Source: Escherichia phage vB_EcoM-pEB20
Length of the DNA stretch: 64,000 nt
Sequence record: OP114733
Direction: 5' to 3' (one strand)
Positions 51,056-60,892 of this stretch are shown here, in pieces. The notes under the pieces are model-generated. The model searched no databases, had not been told where the DNA came from, and saw only the letters and a program-made list of their open reading frames with translations. The position numbers and the translations under genes were made by a program. How positions within the stretch are numbered: the first letter of the stretch is position 1; each line of letters opens with the position of its first letter.

Positions 51056-52164
51056 TAGAAAGTCCCCGCATAAAGTGAAGAACGGTTTAATGTAATAATT
51101 TCTCGCATTGTTATCTCTAACGTAAATGTTGATGGTAAGTTAGGAGCAACAGCGAGACCATTAAATTGTCCATTTGGAGTTTTATCAAAACGTACGCTTT
51201 GAATTTGACATGGGCCAAATACATCAGTTAACCCGTCAAATTTAGACGTGTGTCCAAAGTTTTTAACCATCCAAATTGTAGGGTTGCTTACAACTAATAC
51301 ATTTGTTAATGACGCAGTAATCTTTTCAAACAATGTCTTATTTTTTACTGCATCGTCTGGTGTCATAGGCTCAATAAACGTTGAACGGTACCATTCGTCT
51401 AAATAACTTTTAATCTCTTGGGCGTACTGTGATTTACCGGTCTCACCATAAGAGAAATAGTTAAAATACTGGTAAATGTTTATAATAGCCATAAGGTCTT
51501 CAGTTGAACGCGGAGTTAAATCCCATGTAAAGACTTTAGTACGGTTCTCAGCACCGCCGTACATACTACGAGAAGTCGTATAAATCTGCTCGTTATTATC
51601 AGCCATAAGCCCTTGAGTAATAGAATCTAATGCACCAAAAACTGCAGTAGAAGCAATGTTACTTAAAACACCCGTAGCAGTACCTCCACCTTTAGTAATA
51701 AGGCTATCACCGATATCGTTAAAACGATGTGAAGTTGTATCAACGTCGGATTTGGAACGTGGCAAAAGTATATTAGCAACAGGAGTTTTGTTTATAGTAG
51801 ACTTATTAGCTCCGGCAGGAAGCAATCCATTTGAGAATTTAGTCACTGCATCTTTCACATTATCAGTTAAATCTGATATGATACCATTAGATGAAGTACC
51901 GGCATACGCCGGACGTAAATTCCTGAGGGATCCTGAATCGCGTGCAGACATATTGTACGCGGTAAATAATAATCCATTCTTATAAAGGTCTGTTACCTGG
52001 AAGTCTCCTGTGGAGTCATTTCCGGCTGCTCTTCCTGTAGGAAATTGAGCAACATAAGTTTTAGTAGTTGTTTCGGTTTTAGTGCTTTGCCCGGCACTTT
52101 CTGAGACTGGGATTGCTTTATTTAAATCCTTTGCATCTACTACTATTTCTTTTACACTAATCAT
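51055..52164 (-). CDS. 48: baseplate-tail tube junction protein gp48
   Basis: 369-aa ORF between genes 29 and 54. Confidence 0.8.
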   Translation of the reverse strand: MISVKEIVVDAKDLNKAIPVSESAGQSTKTETTTKTYVAQFPTGRAAGNDSTGDFQVTDLYKNGLLFTAYNMSARDSGSLRNLRPAYAGTSSNGIISDLTDNVKDAVTKFSNGLLPAGANKSTINKTPVANILLPRSKSDVDTTSHRFNDIGDSLITKGGGTATGVLSNIASTAVFGALDSITQGLMADNNEQIYTTSRSMYGGAENRTKVFTWDLTPRSTEDLMAIINIYQYFNYFSYGETGKSQYAQEIKSYLDEWYRSTFIEPMTPDDAVKNKTLFEKITASLTNVLVVSNPTIWMVKNFGHTSKFDGLTDVFGPCQIQSVRFDKTPNGQFNGLAVAPNLPSTFTLEITMREIITLNRSSLYAGTF

Positions 52165-52172
52165 AATAATCC

Positions 52173-53945
52173 TTAATTAACACCGGTGGCATGGAAAATT
52201 CCAGGAGCCGTTGTACTTGTTACAGGGGTCATATTCTGGACTACGGTATTCTTTTTGACGACATTATTTGTGTTACTAATCGCCGCTACCGGTTGCTGTT
52301 GTTTAGATTCAGAAGCACGTCCTTTCTCTATTGACTGAACTTGTTTTGCTTCCGGAGATTTAGACGAAGATTCAGGCTTAACTGTTGTCTGAGCCTTTTT
52401 GGCTTCAGCCATTTTATTATTTAGCTTTTCAAATCTAGCATCTAATTCCTTTTTAACAACAGGAGTTTTATTAAGTTCAGGGTCTTTAATAAGTTTACTT
52501 AAATCAGCATAAGACTTCTCGACGTTTTTAGCATTTTCCGGATTAGTCATATCGATTTTATCGATATAATCCTCAAATCTAACCAGTGCCGCACGAGTTT
52601 CATTAGCTTTTATATACGCCTCTTTACGCTCCTCTTCAGGTAACTCTTTTAATTTTGCTGATTCCGCAGCACGCTCATCGCTTGTACTAAACTCTTCTTT
52701 ATTGTCATTACCACGAACCCAGTTAGTAACGAATGTTTTGCCGCGTTGTAACATATCAAGACCTTTAGAAACGGTTCCTAATTCCCCATCGTCACGCTTC
52801 ATTTGATATTTAGCGACTTTCTCTTGGTCTTCTTTCTTTAATTTGTTCCCAGTAGTTTCTTGGAATCCTTCCAAAGCACGTCCTTCTATTTCGTCCGCGG
52901 TATCACCAAAACCTATAGCACGCAATATAGACGCAGAGAGTTTAGCCATTCCTAATTGAATTAGTTCACCTAAGTTCATTAATGCTGTTCCTACACCTTT
53001 GACAATAGCAACGGTTAAACCACCCCAGTCTCCAGCTTCCCACAATTGTTTTATAGAGTCAATAGAAGTGAATATATCACTTAAGAATTTACCCCACTCT
53101 TTAGCTTCATCGGAGAATTTAGTAAAGTTTTCATCAAATAAATCCCAGGCAGAAGTGAACTTGTCTGTCCAATATTTGAAATGGACTATCAATAAATCAA
53201 TACCGATAACAATACCAAGAATAAGTGCGGCCATTTTTGCTGCTTCAATAGCAGCCGTTATAGTGTATTTGAAAAGCATTCCAGCAATTCTGTCTGAAAT
53301 TGATATTGATTTATTAAACCCGGTTTGAACTGTTTTGGTGAGCATTGCAATTTTATCGCTCAATTTAAAGCTAATCCCGCCTTTAGAATCGGAAGTAGAA
53401 TTAGCACTTTCTTGAACCGGCGCTGGGAAGAAATCTTCGTCTGGCTTATTATCAATCTTTTCAGGTGTAGGGAATGCTTTAAACAGCTCATCAGAAGTTT
53501 CATTCTCAACCACTTTAACAGGTATTGCGTTCTCAATTACTTCAAGAGAGGTGCCTCCTGTATTTTGAATAGCGGTAGATGTTTGTAATTTTTGCTCTAA
53601 TAATGTAGCTAATCGGTCTAACTTAGAGCTTATTGCACTAGAAACTTCGTTTATACTTTTAGTGACTTCAGTTTGTTTTTCAATAACTTCTGCGATAAGC
53701 TCTGTGCCTTCAGCAGTATTATCTGTCGAATTCTTTAAGTCTCCAATTGATTCAATAATTCCATTGCCTTTATCTTCTACACTTTGTGATGTGAGTTCAG
53801 ACGCGGCTTGGACATCGTCTAGTTTTGATGAAATGTTATTCAATGCTTCTAATGAATCGGTAGCTGCATCAGCAGCTACTTTTTGTGGTTTATTATCGGC
53901 AATGACCTTATTTCTACGCATGGATTTCATTTCTTCAGGTTTCAT
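52173..53945 (-). CDS. 29: baseplate hub / tail length determining protein gp29
   Basis: 590-aa ORF (T4 length); N-terminus [17 protein letters not shown] resembles recalled T4 gp29. Confidence 0.85.
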   Translation of the reverse strand: MKPEEMKSMRRNKVIADNKPQKVAADAATDSLEALNNISSKLDDVQAASELTSQSVEDKGNGIIESIGDLKNSTDNTAEGTELIAEVIEKQTEVTKSINEVSSAISSKLDRLATLLEQKLQTSTAIQNTGGTSLEVIENAIPVKVVENETSDELFKAFPTPEKIDNKPDEDFFPAPVQESANSTSDSKGGISFKLSDKIAMLTKTVQTGFNKSISISDRIAGMLFKYTITAAIEAAKMAALILGIVIGIDLLIVHFKYWTDKFTSAWDLFDENFTKFSDEAKEWGKFLSDIFTSIDSIKQLWEAGDWGGLTVAIVKGVGTALMNLGELIQLGMAKLSASILRAIGFGDTADEIEGRALEGFQETTGNKLKKEDQEKVAKYQMKRDDGELGTVSKGLDMLQRGKTFVTNWVRGNDNKEEFSTSDERAAESAKLKELPEEERKEAYIKANETRAALVRFEDYIDKIDMTNPENAKNVEKSYADLSKLIKDPELNKTPVVKKELDARFEKLNNKMAEAKKAQTTVKPESSSKSPEAKQVQSIEKGRASESKQQQPVAAISNTNNVVKKNTVVQNMTPVTSTTAPGIFHATGVN

Positions 53946-54475
53946 TCAAGCAATCCAATAATTTCTGCTATACCCTTAATAGGACCATTAGGGCCTGGAA
54001 TAGCAATAGTTGTCGAAAGGTCTTCTGCCCATTTGATTACAAAAGCAGGCATCTCAAGGAAAGAAATTTCTTTCTCTTCGTCATTAACTTTTATTAAGCA
54101 ATTTGATAGCATTTCACTGATTGTAGCGAATTGTTCAAATTTGCCTGGGGGTCTAAAATAAAAAGTATTACCTTGAAATTGGAATTCTGTTCGTTGGCAT
54201 ACATAGACGTCATCTAGTTTATAAGTGAATCCATCTTTTTCAACTTCGGACTTAAGTTTGTTATTAAATTCCAATATGTGTAGACATGCAAAATCAAAAT
54301 CTGCGGGACTCATATTTTTACAAATAGAATCAGCTAAGATTTTCATGTTTTCGTCAGGACCTTTAACGTCCTTTAAAAGATTATAATGTTTGAGCCCTAA
54401 TTTAGGAATCATTACCTTTTTATTAGACTGTGGTAGAATTATTTTCTTTAGAGGTAGAATCAGATTTAAGTTCAT
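53942..54475 (-). CDS. 28: baseplate hub distal subunit gp28
   Basis: 177-aa ORF (T4 length). Confidence 0.75.
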   Translation of the reverse strand: MNLNLILPLKKIILPQSNKKVMIPKLGLKHYNLLKDVKGPDENMKILADSICKNMSPADFDFACLHILEFNNKLKSEVEKDGFTYKLDDVYVCQRTEFQFQGNTFYFRPPGKFEQFATISEMLSNCLIKVNDEEKEISFLEMPAFVIKWAEDLSTTIAIPGPNGPIKGIAEIIGLLE

Positions 54476-55595
54476 TTTTAACCTTAACTGGGTTAACAGG
54501 TTCTAACACCATTGAGTTGGTAAACATGTACAGATGAGTTTGTGAGTTGTTATTTGATAACTCATGAATAACTTCATCTACGTAAAATTCGGATTTGAAT
54601 TGGTTCTTTTGGTCAACAAATATAATTTTAGTAGCAGGCGTTATGTTAAAATTACCTGTAGTAGTGCATTTAGCATATCCGTCATATTGAGCCATTGTCT
54701 GAAGACGACTTGCTTCTTCAAATCCATTACGATAGGTCATTTCAGAATATCCGCCGGATCTTGACACAAGAATAGCATTATCACCATCGCCTGTAACAAT
54801 AACCGGAATAGATGTATCTAAAAATGAATGGGCGAATATTGTGGCGTTTTTAATAGGGTCTCTTGTAAATTGGTTGGCTTTAGTCATCCAGGTGAAATCC
54901 CATACTAATGGATACTCAAGCTCTTGAATATACTGACCTACGGTATTTGGCTCACCTACAATCATCTTAATGCCTTCCTGACCAATAAGAGTATCGTAGT
55001 CAATCATGTTTACGCCTAAAATATCTTGCCATACGAATACGAACTTATCACTCGCTGTAGCAAGTCCTAATTCTCTGACATATGCCAAATAATCATCAAA
55101 TGTGCTTGTCCAAGGGATATCAGGAACATAAGCATTAATAGTGTTTATTGGCGGAGTAATTAACGCACGGTCTTTGTATATGACACCTAACATTTCACGT
55201 ATAGATTCGCCTGCGTCCGGGAAGAATGGACGCCCAAATTTAAGGTTCTCTATAGAATGTATTGTTCCAAGCTCAATTGCAATAATATTGTCACCTTTTG
55301 AGTCCACAGACACAGAATAATGTCTACATCCATAAATTCGAGTTCTAACTTGGAGAGGTGTGTTTGAATTTGAAACAGAGATTTGAACTATCTGTCTACC
55401 GTCCATTTTAGTGTGGATGTTTTTAGTGTCATAAAATTGAAGAATCCCTTCATTTCTTCCATATAGCGAATCTCGCATGGTTAAAGTTGTTATTGTTGCC
55501 GCGAGTTCAACGTATCTATTTTCTTGCCAAGCCGAATAATCTTGGTATAATTTAACGCTTAAGTTAGGATATCCTGGACGTTGGAATACTTTCAT
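54423..55595 (-). CDS. 27: baseplate hub subunit gp27
   Basis: 390-aa ORF (T4 391 aa). Confidence 0.8.
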   Translation of the reverse strand: MKVFQRPGYPNLSVKLYQDYSAWQENRYVELAATITTLTMRDSLYGRNEGILQFYDTKNIHTKMDGRQIVQISVSNSNTPLQVRTRIYGCRHYSVSVDSKGDNIIAIELGTIHSIENLKFGRPFFPDAGESIREMLGVIYKDRALITPPINTINAYVPDIPWTSTFDDYLAYVRELGLATASDKFVFVWQDILGVNMIDYDTLIGQEGIKMIVGEPNTVGQYIQELEYPLVWDFTWMTKANQFTRDPIKNATIFAHSFLDTSIPVIVTGDGDNAILVSRSGGYSEMTYRNGFEEASRLQTMAQYDGYAKCTTTGNFNITPATKIIFVDQKNQFKSEFYVDEVIHELSNNNSQTHLYMFTNSMVLEPVNPVKVKNELKSDSTSKENNSTTV

Positions 55596-56344
55596 TTTTT
55601 ATGGTCCTTTTCTACTAATGTTAAAGCAATACCACGTTCAACAGGAATCATTTGCATAATAGAATCCAATGTGTATTGACTCTTTACCAGTGAATGGTTT
55701 ATCTGATAGAATGTAAAAATCTCATCAGGGTTAACTAACAATTTAAAAACCTCTAAGATATCAGTATATGTTTTAACATGACGTTCACAACAGCCTAATC
55801 TAAGGGTCAAATTAATAGGGTTCATAGAAGCAATAACCTTCTCGAGCGAGTCAATGTCTATTGCTTCTATTACTTGGATTTGGTTCTCTTCAGTCAAATC
55901 ATTCCATGGGTACCATTCATCATTATAATATATTTCTTTTATGTTTTCACTTATCATTAATGCCTTGTTGTCATAAAACTTTTCAGGGAAAGAAAAACGT
56001 ATTTTTATACCAGCAACATCAAGTTCAGGTTCGACTAGTTCTTTTTGATATATCTCAAATGGTGCAGTTTTTTCTTTAGAGCATTTAGGGCAAGTGAAAA
56101 TAACGGGAACTTTTGTTTTGCCTATAGAGCCTGCAAAAACTTGCAGGAATATAAATGGTTGCCATGTTTTAGGGTACTCGCCAAAATAATCATCAATCAG
56201 ATCGGCAATTATTTCTTTTTGTTCTTGCGGCGAACGATGTTCGATATCATTTCTAACTAGTAAAAAGTCTCTATAATCCGCTACGGTGAACGGCTTAAAA
56301 CGATGAACACCATCCGGTAATTTACAACGAATTATATTAGCCAT
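55592..56344 (-). CDS. 51: baseplate hub assembly protein gp51
   Basis: 250-aa ORF (T4 249 aa), divergent from gene 26. Confidence 0.75.
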   Translation of the reverse strand: MANIIRCKLPDGVHRFKPFTVADYRDFLLVRNDIEHRSPQEQKEIIADLIDDYFGEYPKTWQPFIFLQVFAGSIGKTKVPVIFTCPKCSKEKTAPFEIYQKELVEPELDVAGIKIRFSFPEKFYDNKALMISENIKEIYYNDEWYPWNDLTEENQIQVIEAIDIDSLEKVIASMNPINLTLRLGCCERHVKTYTDILEVFKLLVNPDEIFTFYQINHSLVKSQYTLDSIMQMIPVERGIALTLVEKDHKK

Positions 56345-56361
56345 AATTACTCCTTTTCTAT

Positions 56362-56373
56362 TATTTATAAATA
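56362..56373. promoter_or_regulatory. overlapping divergent late promoters (TATTTATAAATA) for genes 51 (minus) and 26 (plus)
   Basis: TATAAATA present on both strands within a 12-bp near-palindrome between divergent baseplate genes. Confidence 0.5.
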
Positions 56374-56391
56374 CACAATAAAGGAGTTAAC

Positions 56392-57018
56392 ATGTACAAA
56401 TATACGTTTACAGTACGTTTAGGCGATAAAGAAGTGAATTGTAGAGCCTTTACTTTAAAAGAATATTTAGGACTCATAGGTGCGCGGGCTACCGGTACTA
56501 TTGAATCCGCAGTGAACAATATTATCACTAATTGCTCTAATGCTAAAAACTTGACTAAACAAGAAGCCGAGTTATTGTTGGTAAATCTGTGGGCACATTC
56601 ATTAGGTGAAGTGAATCAAGAACACACCTGGAATTGTTCCTGTGGGCATTCATTTCAAGTCTATATGAATTTATTGCACACTCAATTAGATGAACAGGCC
56701 GATCCCTGGTATTCGTTCAGCGGTATTAAAATTAAGTTCCGTCAACCTAAATTATTTGACGATAAAAATATCGCATTAATGATTGCTTCATGTATTGAGG
56801 CCGTTTTTGTCAATGGAGAGTCCATCCCTGTTGAAGATTTAACTGAAGCAGAAATAAACGACCTTTACGGCCTTATAACGGAAGATGACATGATCAATAT
56901 TAAAAATCTTTTAGTGTCGCCATCAATTTATCTGGCAACCCCTATTAAATGTCCCAAATGTGGGGCATCACACGTTCACACAATACGAGGCCTCAAAGAA
57001 TTCTTTGAGTTACTATAA
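56392..57018 (+). CDS. 26: baseplate hub subunit gp26
   Basis: 208-aa ORF (T4 length) after TATAAATA late promoter. Confidence 0.8.
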   Translation: MYKYTFTVRLGDKEVNCRAFTLKEYLGLIGARATGTIESAVNNIITNCSNAKNLTKQEAELLLVNLWAHSLGEVNQEHTWNCSCGHSFQVYMNLLHTQLDEQADPWYSFSGIKIKFRQPKLFDDKNIALMIASCIEAVFVNGESIPVEDLTEAEINDLYGLITEDDMINIKNLLVSPSIYLATPIKCPKCGASHVHTIRGLKEFFELL

Positions 57019-57416
57019 TGTCTAATATCAATAAACTTTATTCAGATATCGACCCAGAAATGCGTATGGATTGGAACAAGGACGTTGCTCGTTCTGTAGG
57101 ACTTCGTTCTATTAAAAATAGTCTTCTTGGTATAGTGACAACTAGAAAAGGCTCACGCCCCTTCGACCCTGAATTTGGATGCGATTTGGTTGATGAACTT
57201 TTCGAGAACATGACACCACTTACAGCCGATACGATTGAGCGTAATATCCAGGCAGCTGTTCGTAACTATGAGCCACGCATCGACAAACTTTCTGTAAGTG
57301 TAACGCCAGTATATGATGACTATACGGTTATAGTAGAGATTAGATTTTCGGTCGTAGACAACCCTGACGATATTGAACAAATTAAACTTCAGTTAGCGTC
57401 AAGCAATAGAGTGTAA
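57018..57416 (+). CDS. 25: baseplate wedge / sheath initiator gp25
   Basis: 132-aa ORF (T4 length), TAATG-coupled to gene 26. Confidence 0.8.
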   Translation: MSNINKLYSDIDPEMRMDWNKDVARSVGLRSIKNSLLGIVTTRKGSRPFDPEFGCDLVDELFENMTPLTADTIERNIQAAVRNYEPRIDKLSVSVTPVYDDYTVIVEIRFSVVDNPDDIEQIKLQLASSNRV

Positions 57417-57441
57417 TGCTTCAAGGCAACCTATGTATAAT
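57415..57441 (+). promoter_or_regulatory. MotA-dependent middle promoter of uvsY (AATGCTTCA box + TATAAT)
   Basis: MotA-box consensus at 57415-57423, 12-bp spacer, TATAAT at 57436-57441. Confidence 0.65.
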
Positions 57442-57495
57442 GGTTTTAGGTCCTTCCGATACAGCCGGGAGATTATTAGTTAAAGAGAGAATATT

Positions 57496-57909
57496 ATGAA
57501 GCTGGAAGATTTACAGGAAGAGTTAGACGCAGACTTAGCTATTGATATGACAAAGTTGCAATATGAGACGGCGAATAATGTTAAGTTATACAGCAAATGG
57601 CTACGTAAGCACTCATTTATTCGTAAAGAAATGTTGCGTATAGAGACTCAGAAGAAAACTGCTCTAAAAGCAAGATTAGACTACTACTCGGGACGAGGTG
57701 ACGGTGATGAATTCAGTATGGACCGATACGAGAAATCTGAAATGAAAACTGTCCTGGCTGCAGATAAAGATGTGCTTAAAATAGAGACTACTTTACAATA
57801 CTGGGGAATTTTACTTGAGTTCTGTAGTGGTGCACTTGACGCAGTTAAGTCTCGTAGTTTTGCACTTAAACATATCCAAGATATGCGAGAATTTGAAGCG
57901 GGGCAATAA
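57496..57909 (+). CDS. uvsY: recombination mediator UvsY
   Basis: 137-aa ORF (T4 length) preceded by MotA-box middle promoter. Confidence 0.8.
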   Translation: MKLEDLQEELDADLAIDMTKLQYETANNVKLYSKWLRKHSFIRKEMLRIETQKKTALKARLDYYSGRGDGDEFSMDRYEKSEMKTVLAADKDVLKIETTLQYWGILLEFCSGALDAVKSRSFALKHIQDMREFEAGQ

Positions 57910-58133
57910 TGCGTTATTCAATTGAAGATGCCTTTAATAATGACGAAGAATTTGAAACTGAAATTAAATTCTTAATGGAAAAGTATCGTCTACGTCGTCA
58001 GGATATTCGTATCCTGGCAGACCACCCGTGTGGTGAAGACGTCCTTTATATTAAAGGAAAATTTGCCGGATATCTTGATGAATATTTTTATTCTAAAGAT
58101 ATGGGCATTGATATGCATATGAGAGTTGTATAA
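57909..58133 (+). CDS. hypothetical protein (74 aa), uvsY.-1 position
   Basis: TAATG-coupled to uvsY. Confidence 0.5.
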   Translation: MRYSIEDAFNNDEEFETEIKFLMEKYRLRRQDIRILADHPCGEDVLYIKGKFAGYLDEYFYSKDMGIDMHMRVV

Positions 58134-58165
58134 ATAGATATGTAATTTCAACTTAGGAGGCAATC

Positions 58166-58333
58166 ATGTCAGATAAGATTTGTGTTGTCTGTAAAACTCC
58201 AATCGATTCTGCATTGGTTGTTGAAACAGACAAAGGTCCAGCACATCCTGGTCCTTGTTATAATTATGTCCAACAATTACCGGTTTCAGAAAGTTCAGAA
58301 GAGCAATTGAACGAAACCCAACTTTTACTATAG
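58166..58333 (+). CDS. small Cys-containing protein (55 aa), uvsY.-2 position
   Basis: AGGAGG RBS; CVVC...PC pattern suggests a small zinc-binding protein; below ORF-track cutoff. Confidence 0.45.
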   Translation: MSDKICVVCKTPIDSALVVETDKGPAHPGPCYNYVQQLPVSESSEEQLNETQLLL

Positions 58334-58393
58334 TGTTACCTTTTTTTGCCTATGGTTTTTGGCCCTTCCAAAAAAGGTCGGGCCTTTTTTTAA

Positions 58394-58624
58394 TTAGAAG
58401 TCTTCTTCCACATCCTCATCATCGCCTTCAAGTTCGGCACGCTTACCTGCTAAGGCATCCCTGACAGAAATATCATCTGTATCTTTTAATTCCGTTTCTT
58501 TTATACGTTTCTTATAATAAGCTTCCAATTCTTCAAGCCCTTCTAGGGTATGACAACTAGCAATTTTACCCATGAATTCGTCAATAGATGCTTCGTATAA
58601 AAATTGTTTAAATTCAAGTACCAT
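58394..58624 (-). CDS. uvsW.1: UvsW.1 small acidic protein
   Basis: 76-aa ORF downstream of uvsW, separated from it by a hairpin and AGGAG RBS. Confidence 0.7.
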   Translation of the reverse strand: MVLEFKQFLYEASIDEFMGKIASCHTLEGLEELEAYYKKRIKETELKDTDDISVRDALAGKRAELEGDDEDVEEDF

Positions 58625-58649
58625 TTTTATCTCCTAAGGGCCGAAGCCC

Positions 58650-60164
58650 TTATAAATTAATTGTTTTCATTACATAGTTAAATTTCTCATCAGCGTAACG
58701 TTGGATACGATCAATACCGTGTTTTAACAAGTAATTAAGATGAGTATACTTCTTTTTAGTATTTAATGATTTAGGTTTTACACCTGCGTCATCTATGAGA
58801 TCCCAAACTGTAGCAACAGATTTAGAACCATGCTTGCGAAGCACACGACCTACGGTTTGAAGTACGATAATTTTTGATTTAACACCATGGGCAAAAATAA
58901 CATGATGAAGATTCTTGACTGAAATACCAGTAGAGAATACTCCATATGATGCGACAATAATAATGCCTTTACCATTTTCTGCCATGACTTTAAGCGCATT
59001 ACGTGTTTCAGTATCAACTTCACCTGATACGTAATAAACTTTTTCGTATCCAAGCTCTTTAATAGCTTCAAATATTTCTTTACCGTGTGTAACGTGTTTA
59101 AACATTACAAAGGCGTTCTCGTCTTTCTTAGCCAATTTTACTGAAAGTTGAGCAATCCACTTTGTACGTCGTTTTAGTCCTGTAATAATTTTAACTTCTT
59201 CTTGGTATGTTTTACCTTTTAATTTGGTGGCGAATTCGTCTGGATAACGAAGGAAAATACTATTAATCTTAAGCTCAGTTACCTGTCCATCTTCCATTAA
59301 TTTAGACGTGCTAACAGGACGGAAGATTTCGCCGAACATACCTACGTACTGCATTACATTGGCTTTTCCGTCTCTTAATGAGCCAGATAAACCGAATTTA
59401 AACATACAATTATTTAATCCTGCGATGATTGAAGAAATACTTTTGCCTGTTGCTAAGTGGCATTCATCGTTCATCATCATACCGAACTGAGAGAACCATT
59501 CTTTAGGCTGCTTAACTACCGTTTGCCATGTGCCAACAATAATTGGAGCGTCGTTTTTAGCTCTGTCTGCTTTATCAGCGCCACCGCCAATTTTCTTAAT
59601 CATCGAATGACTAAACAAGCGATAATCAACAAAATCGTTAGCCATTTGGGTTGTCAATGCTGTTGTAGGGACGATAATGAGAATTTTACCTTCATAGTTC
59701 TCTAGATAATACCGAGCTAAAAGTGCTTGGATTAGTGATTTACCTGCTGATGTCGGAAGGTTTAAAATTCGACGACGATTAACTAGTCCTTCATATACCG
59801 CGTCTTTTTGATACCAATGTGGTTCGATTTTGGCATTGCCAGAATAAATTTCTTGTTTAGAAAGCCATGCGTCAAAATCTTCCCTGGTAAGGTCTTCGGT
59901 CTCAAAGATTTTAGGGTCAATCCATACAGAATAACTCATATTGTTACAGAACTTTTTTATTTGTCCTACAAGTCCATATGGTAACAAACGGTTGTAATCT
60001 AAAAGTCGAATTCTACCATCCCATTGCCCGTAGCGATATTTTGGGTTAAATTTATACCCGTCAGCTTCAAAGCTAAAAAAGTCACGAAGTTCGTAAAACG
60101 TACTTTCGTCGCATTCAATGCGCACGTGACTAAAATCATAAAAATGTACTTTAATGTCAGTCAT
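58650..60164 (-). CDS. uvsW: UvsW SF2 DNA/RNA helicase
   Basis: 504-aa ORF; Walker A TSAGKS and DECH box (MMNDECHLATG). Confidence 0.9.
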   Translation of the reverse strand: MTDIKVHFYDFSHVRIECDESTFYELRDFFSFEADGYKFNPKYRYGQWDGRIRLLDYNRLLPYGLVGQIKKFCNNMSYSVWIDPKIFETEDLTREDFDAWLSKQEIYSGNAKIEPHWYQKDAVYEGLVNRRRILNLPTSAGKSLIQALLARYYLENYEGKILIIVPTTALTTQMANDFVDYRLFSHSMIKKIGGGADKADRAKNDAPIIVGTWQTVVKQPKEWFSQFGMMMNDECHLATGKSISSIIAGLNNCMFKFGLSGSLRDGKANVMQYVGMFGEIFRPVSTSKLMEDGQVTELKINSIFLRYPDEFATKLKGKTYQEEVKIITGLKRRTKWIAQLSVKLAKKDENAFVMFKHVTHGKEIFEAIKELGYEKVYYVSGEVDTETRNALKVMAENGKGIIIVASYGVFSTGISVKNLHHVIFAHGVKSKIIVLQTVGRVLRKHGSKSVATVWDLIDDAGVKPKSLNTKKKYTHLNYLLKHGIDRIQRYADEKFNYVMKTINL

Positions 60165-60214
60165 GTCAAATTACCATGTAATAAATATAGTTATATTTAT
60201 AATGAGGAAATACC

Positions 60215-60883
60215 ATGATCGATAAAGACTATATTGAAGAGTTACGTGCTCTTTCTGATAAAAAGGAAGCCAAAGCTAAACTGTTCGAATATGCGGAACA
60301 ATTTGGCATTAGTGTTAAGAAAACAAAATCATTCGATAATATTGTTATTGATATCGAAGAAGCTCTTAACGCACTGGCTGATGAACCATTACCTGAAACT
60401 GATGGATTATCTATCACCGATTTAATTACTGCCGCAGATGATGTGGACGGTGTTAATTTCACTAATGAAGAAGTTAAAGAAGAAGCTATTCTGTTGTTTG
60501 ATTCTCCAACAGAACAAGTTGAAGTATTAGAAGTTGTCGAACAAGAAAAAGAATTCGACCATGATAAATTCGAAGAAGCAATTACTCAGGTTGTTGAATC
60601 TGAAAAAGAGCCTGAGCCAGAGGTAAATAAAGAAGTAAAATTTGTTCTGCCTGAAAATTTTAGTCCTACACTCATTAAATTAGGCAAAGGCCCAGGATAT
60701 GTTACTGTTCCTTGGTGGATTTATCAATGGATAGCCGAAACCCCGGATTGGAAATCTCGTCCAACCAGTTTTGTGCACGCTTCTGCTCACCAAACATTAT
60801 TTAGCTTAATTTATTATATTAATCGCGATGGATCAGTTCTAATTCGTGAAACTCGTAATTCTTCTTTCGTAACATTAAAATAA
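60215..60883 (+). CDS. inh: prohead protease inhibitor Inh
   Basis: 222-aa acidic ORF directly upstream of hoc; position and size as T4 inh. Confidence 0.7.
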   Translation: MIDKDYIEELRALSDKKEAKAKLFEYAEQFGISVKKTKSFDNIVIDIEEALNALADEPLPETDGLSITDLITAADDVDGVNFTNEEVKEEAILLFDSPTEQVEVLEVVEQEKEFDHDKFEEAITQVVESEKEPEPEVNKEVKFVLPENFSPTLIKLGKGPGYVTVPWWIYQWIAETPDWKSRPTSFVHASAHQTLFSLIYYINRDGSVLIRETRNSSFVTLK

Positions 60884-60892
60884 GGATAACTT

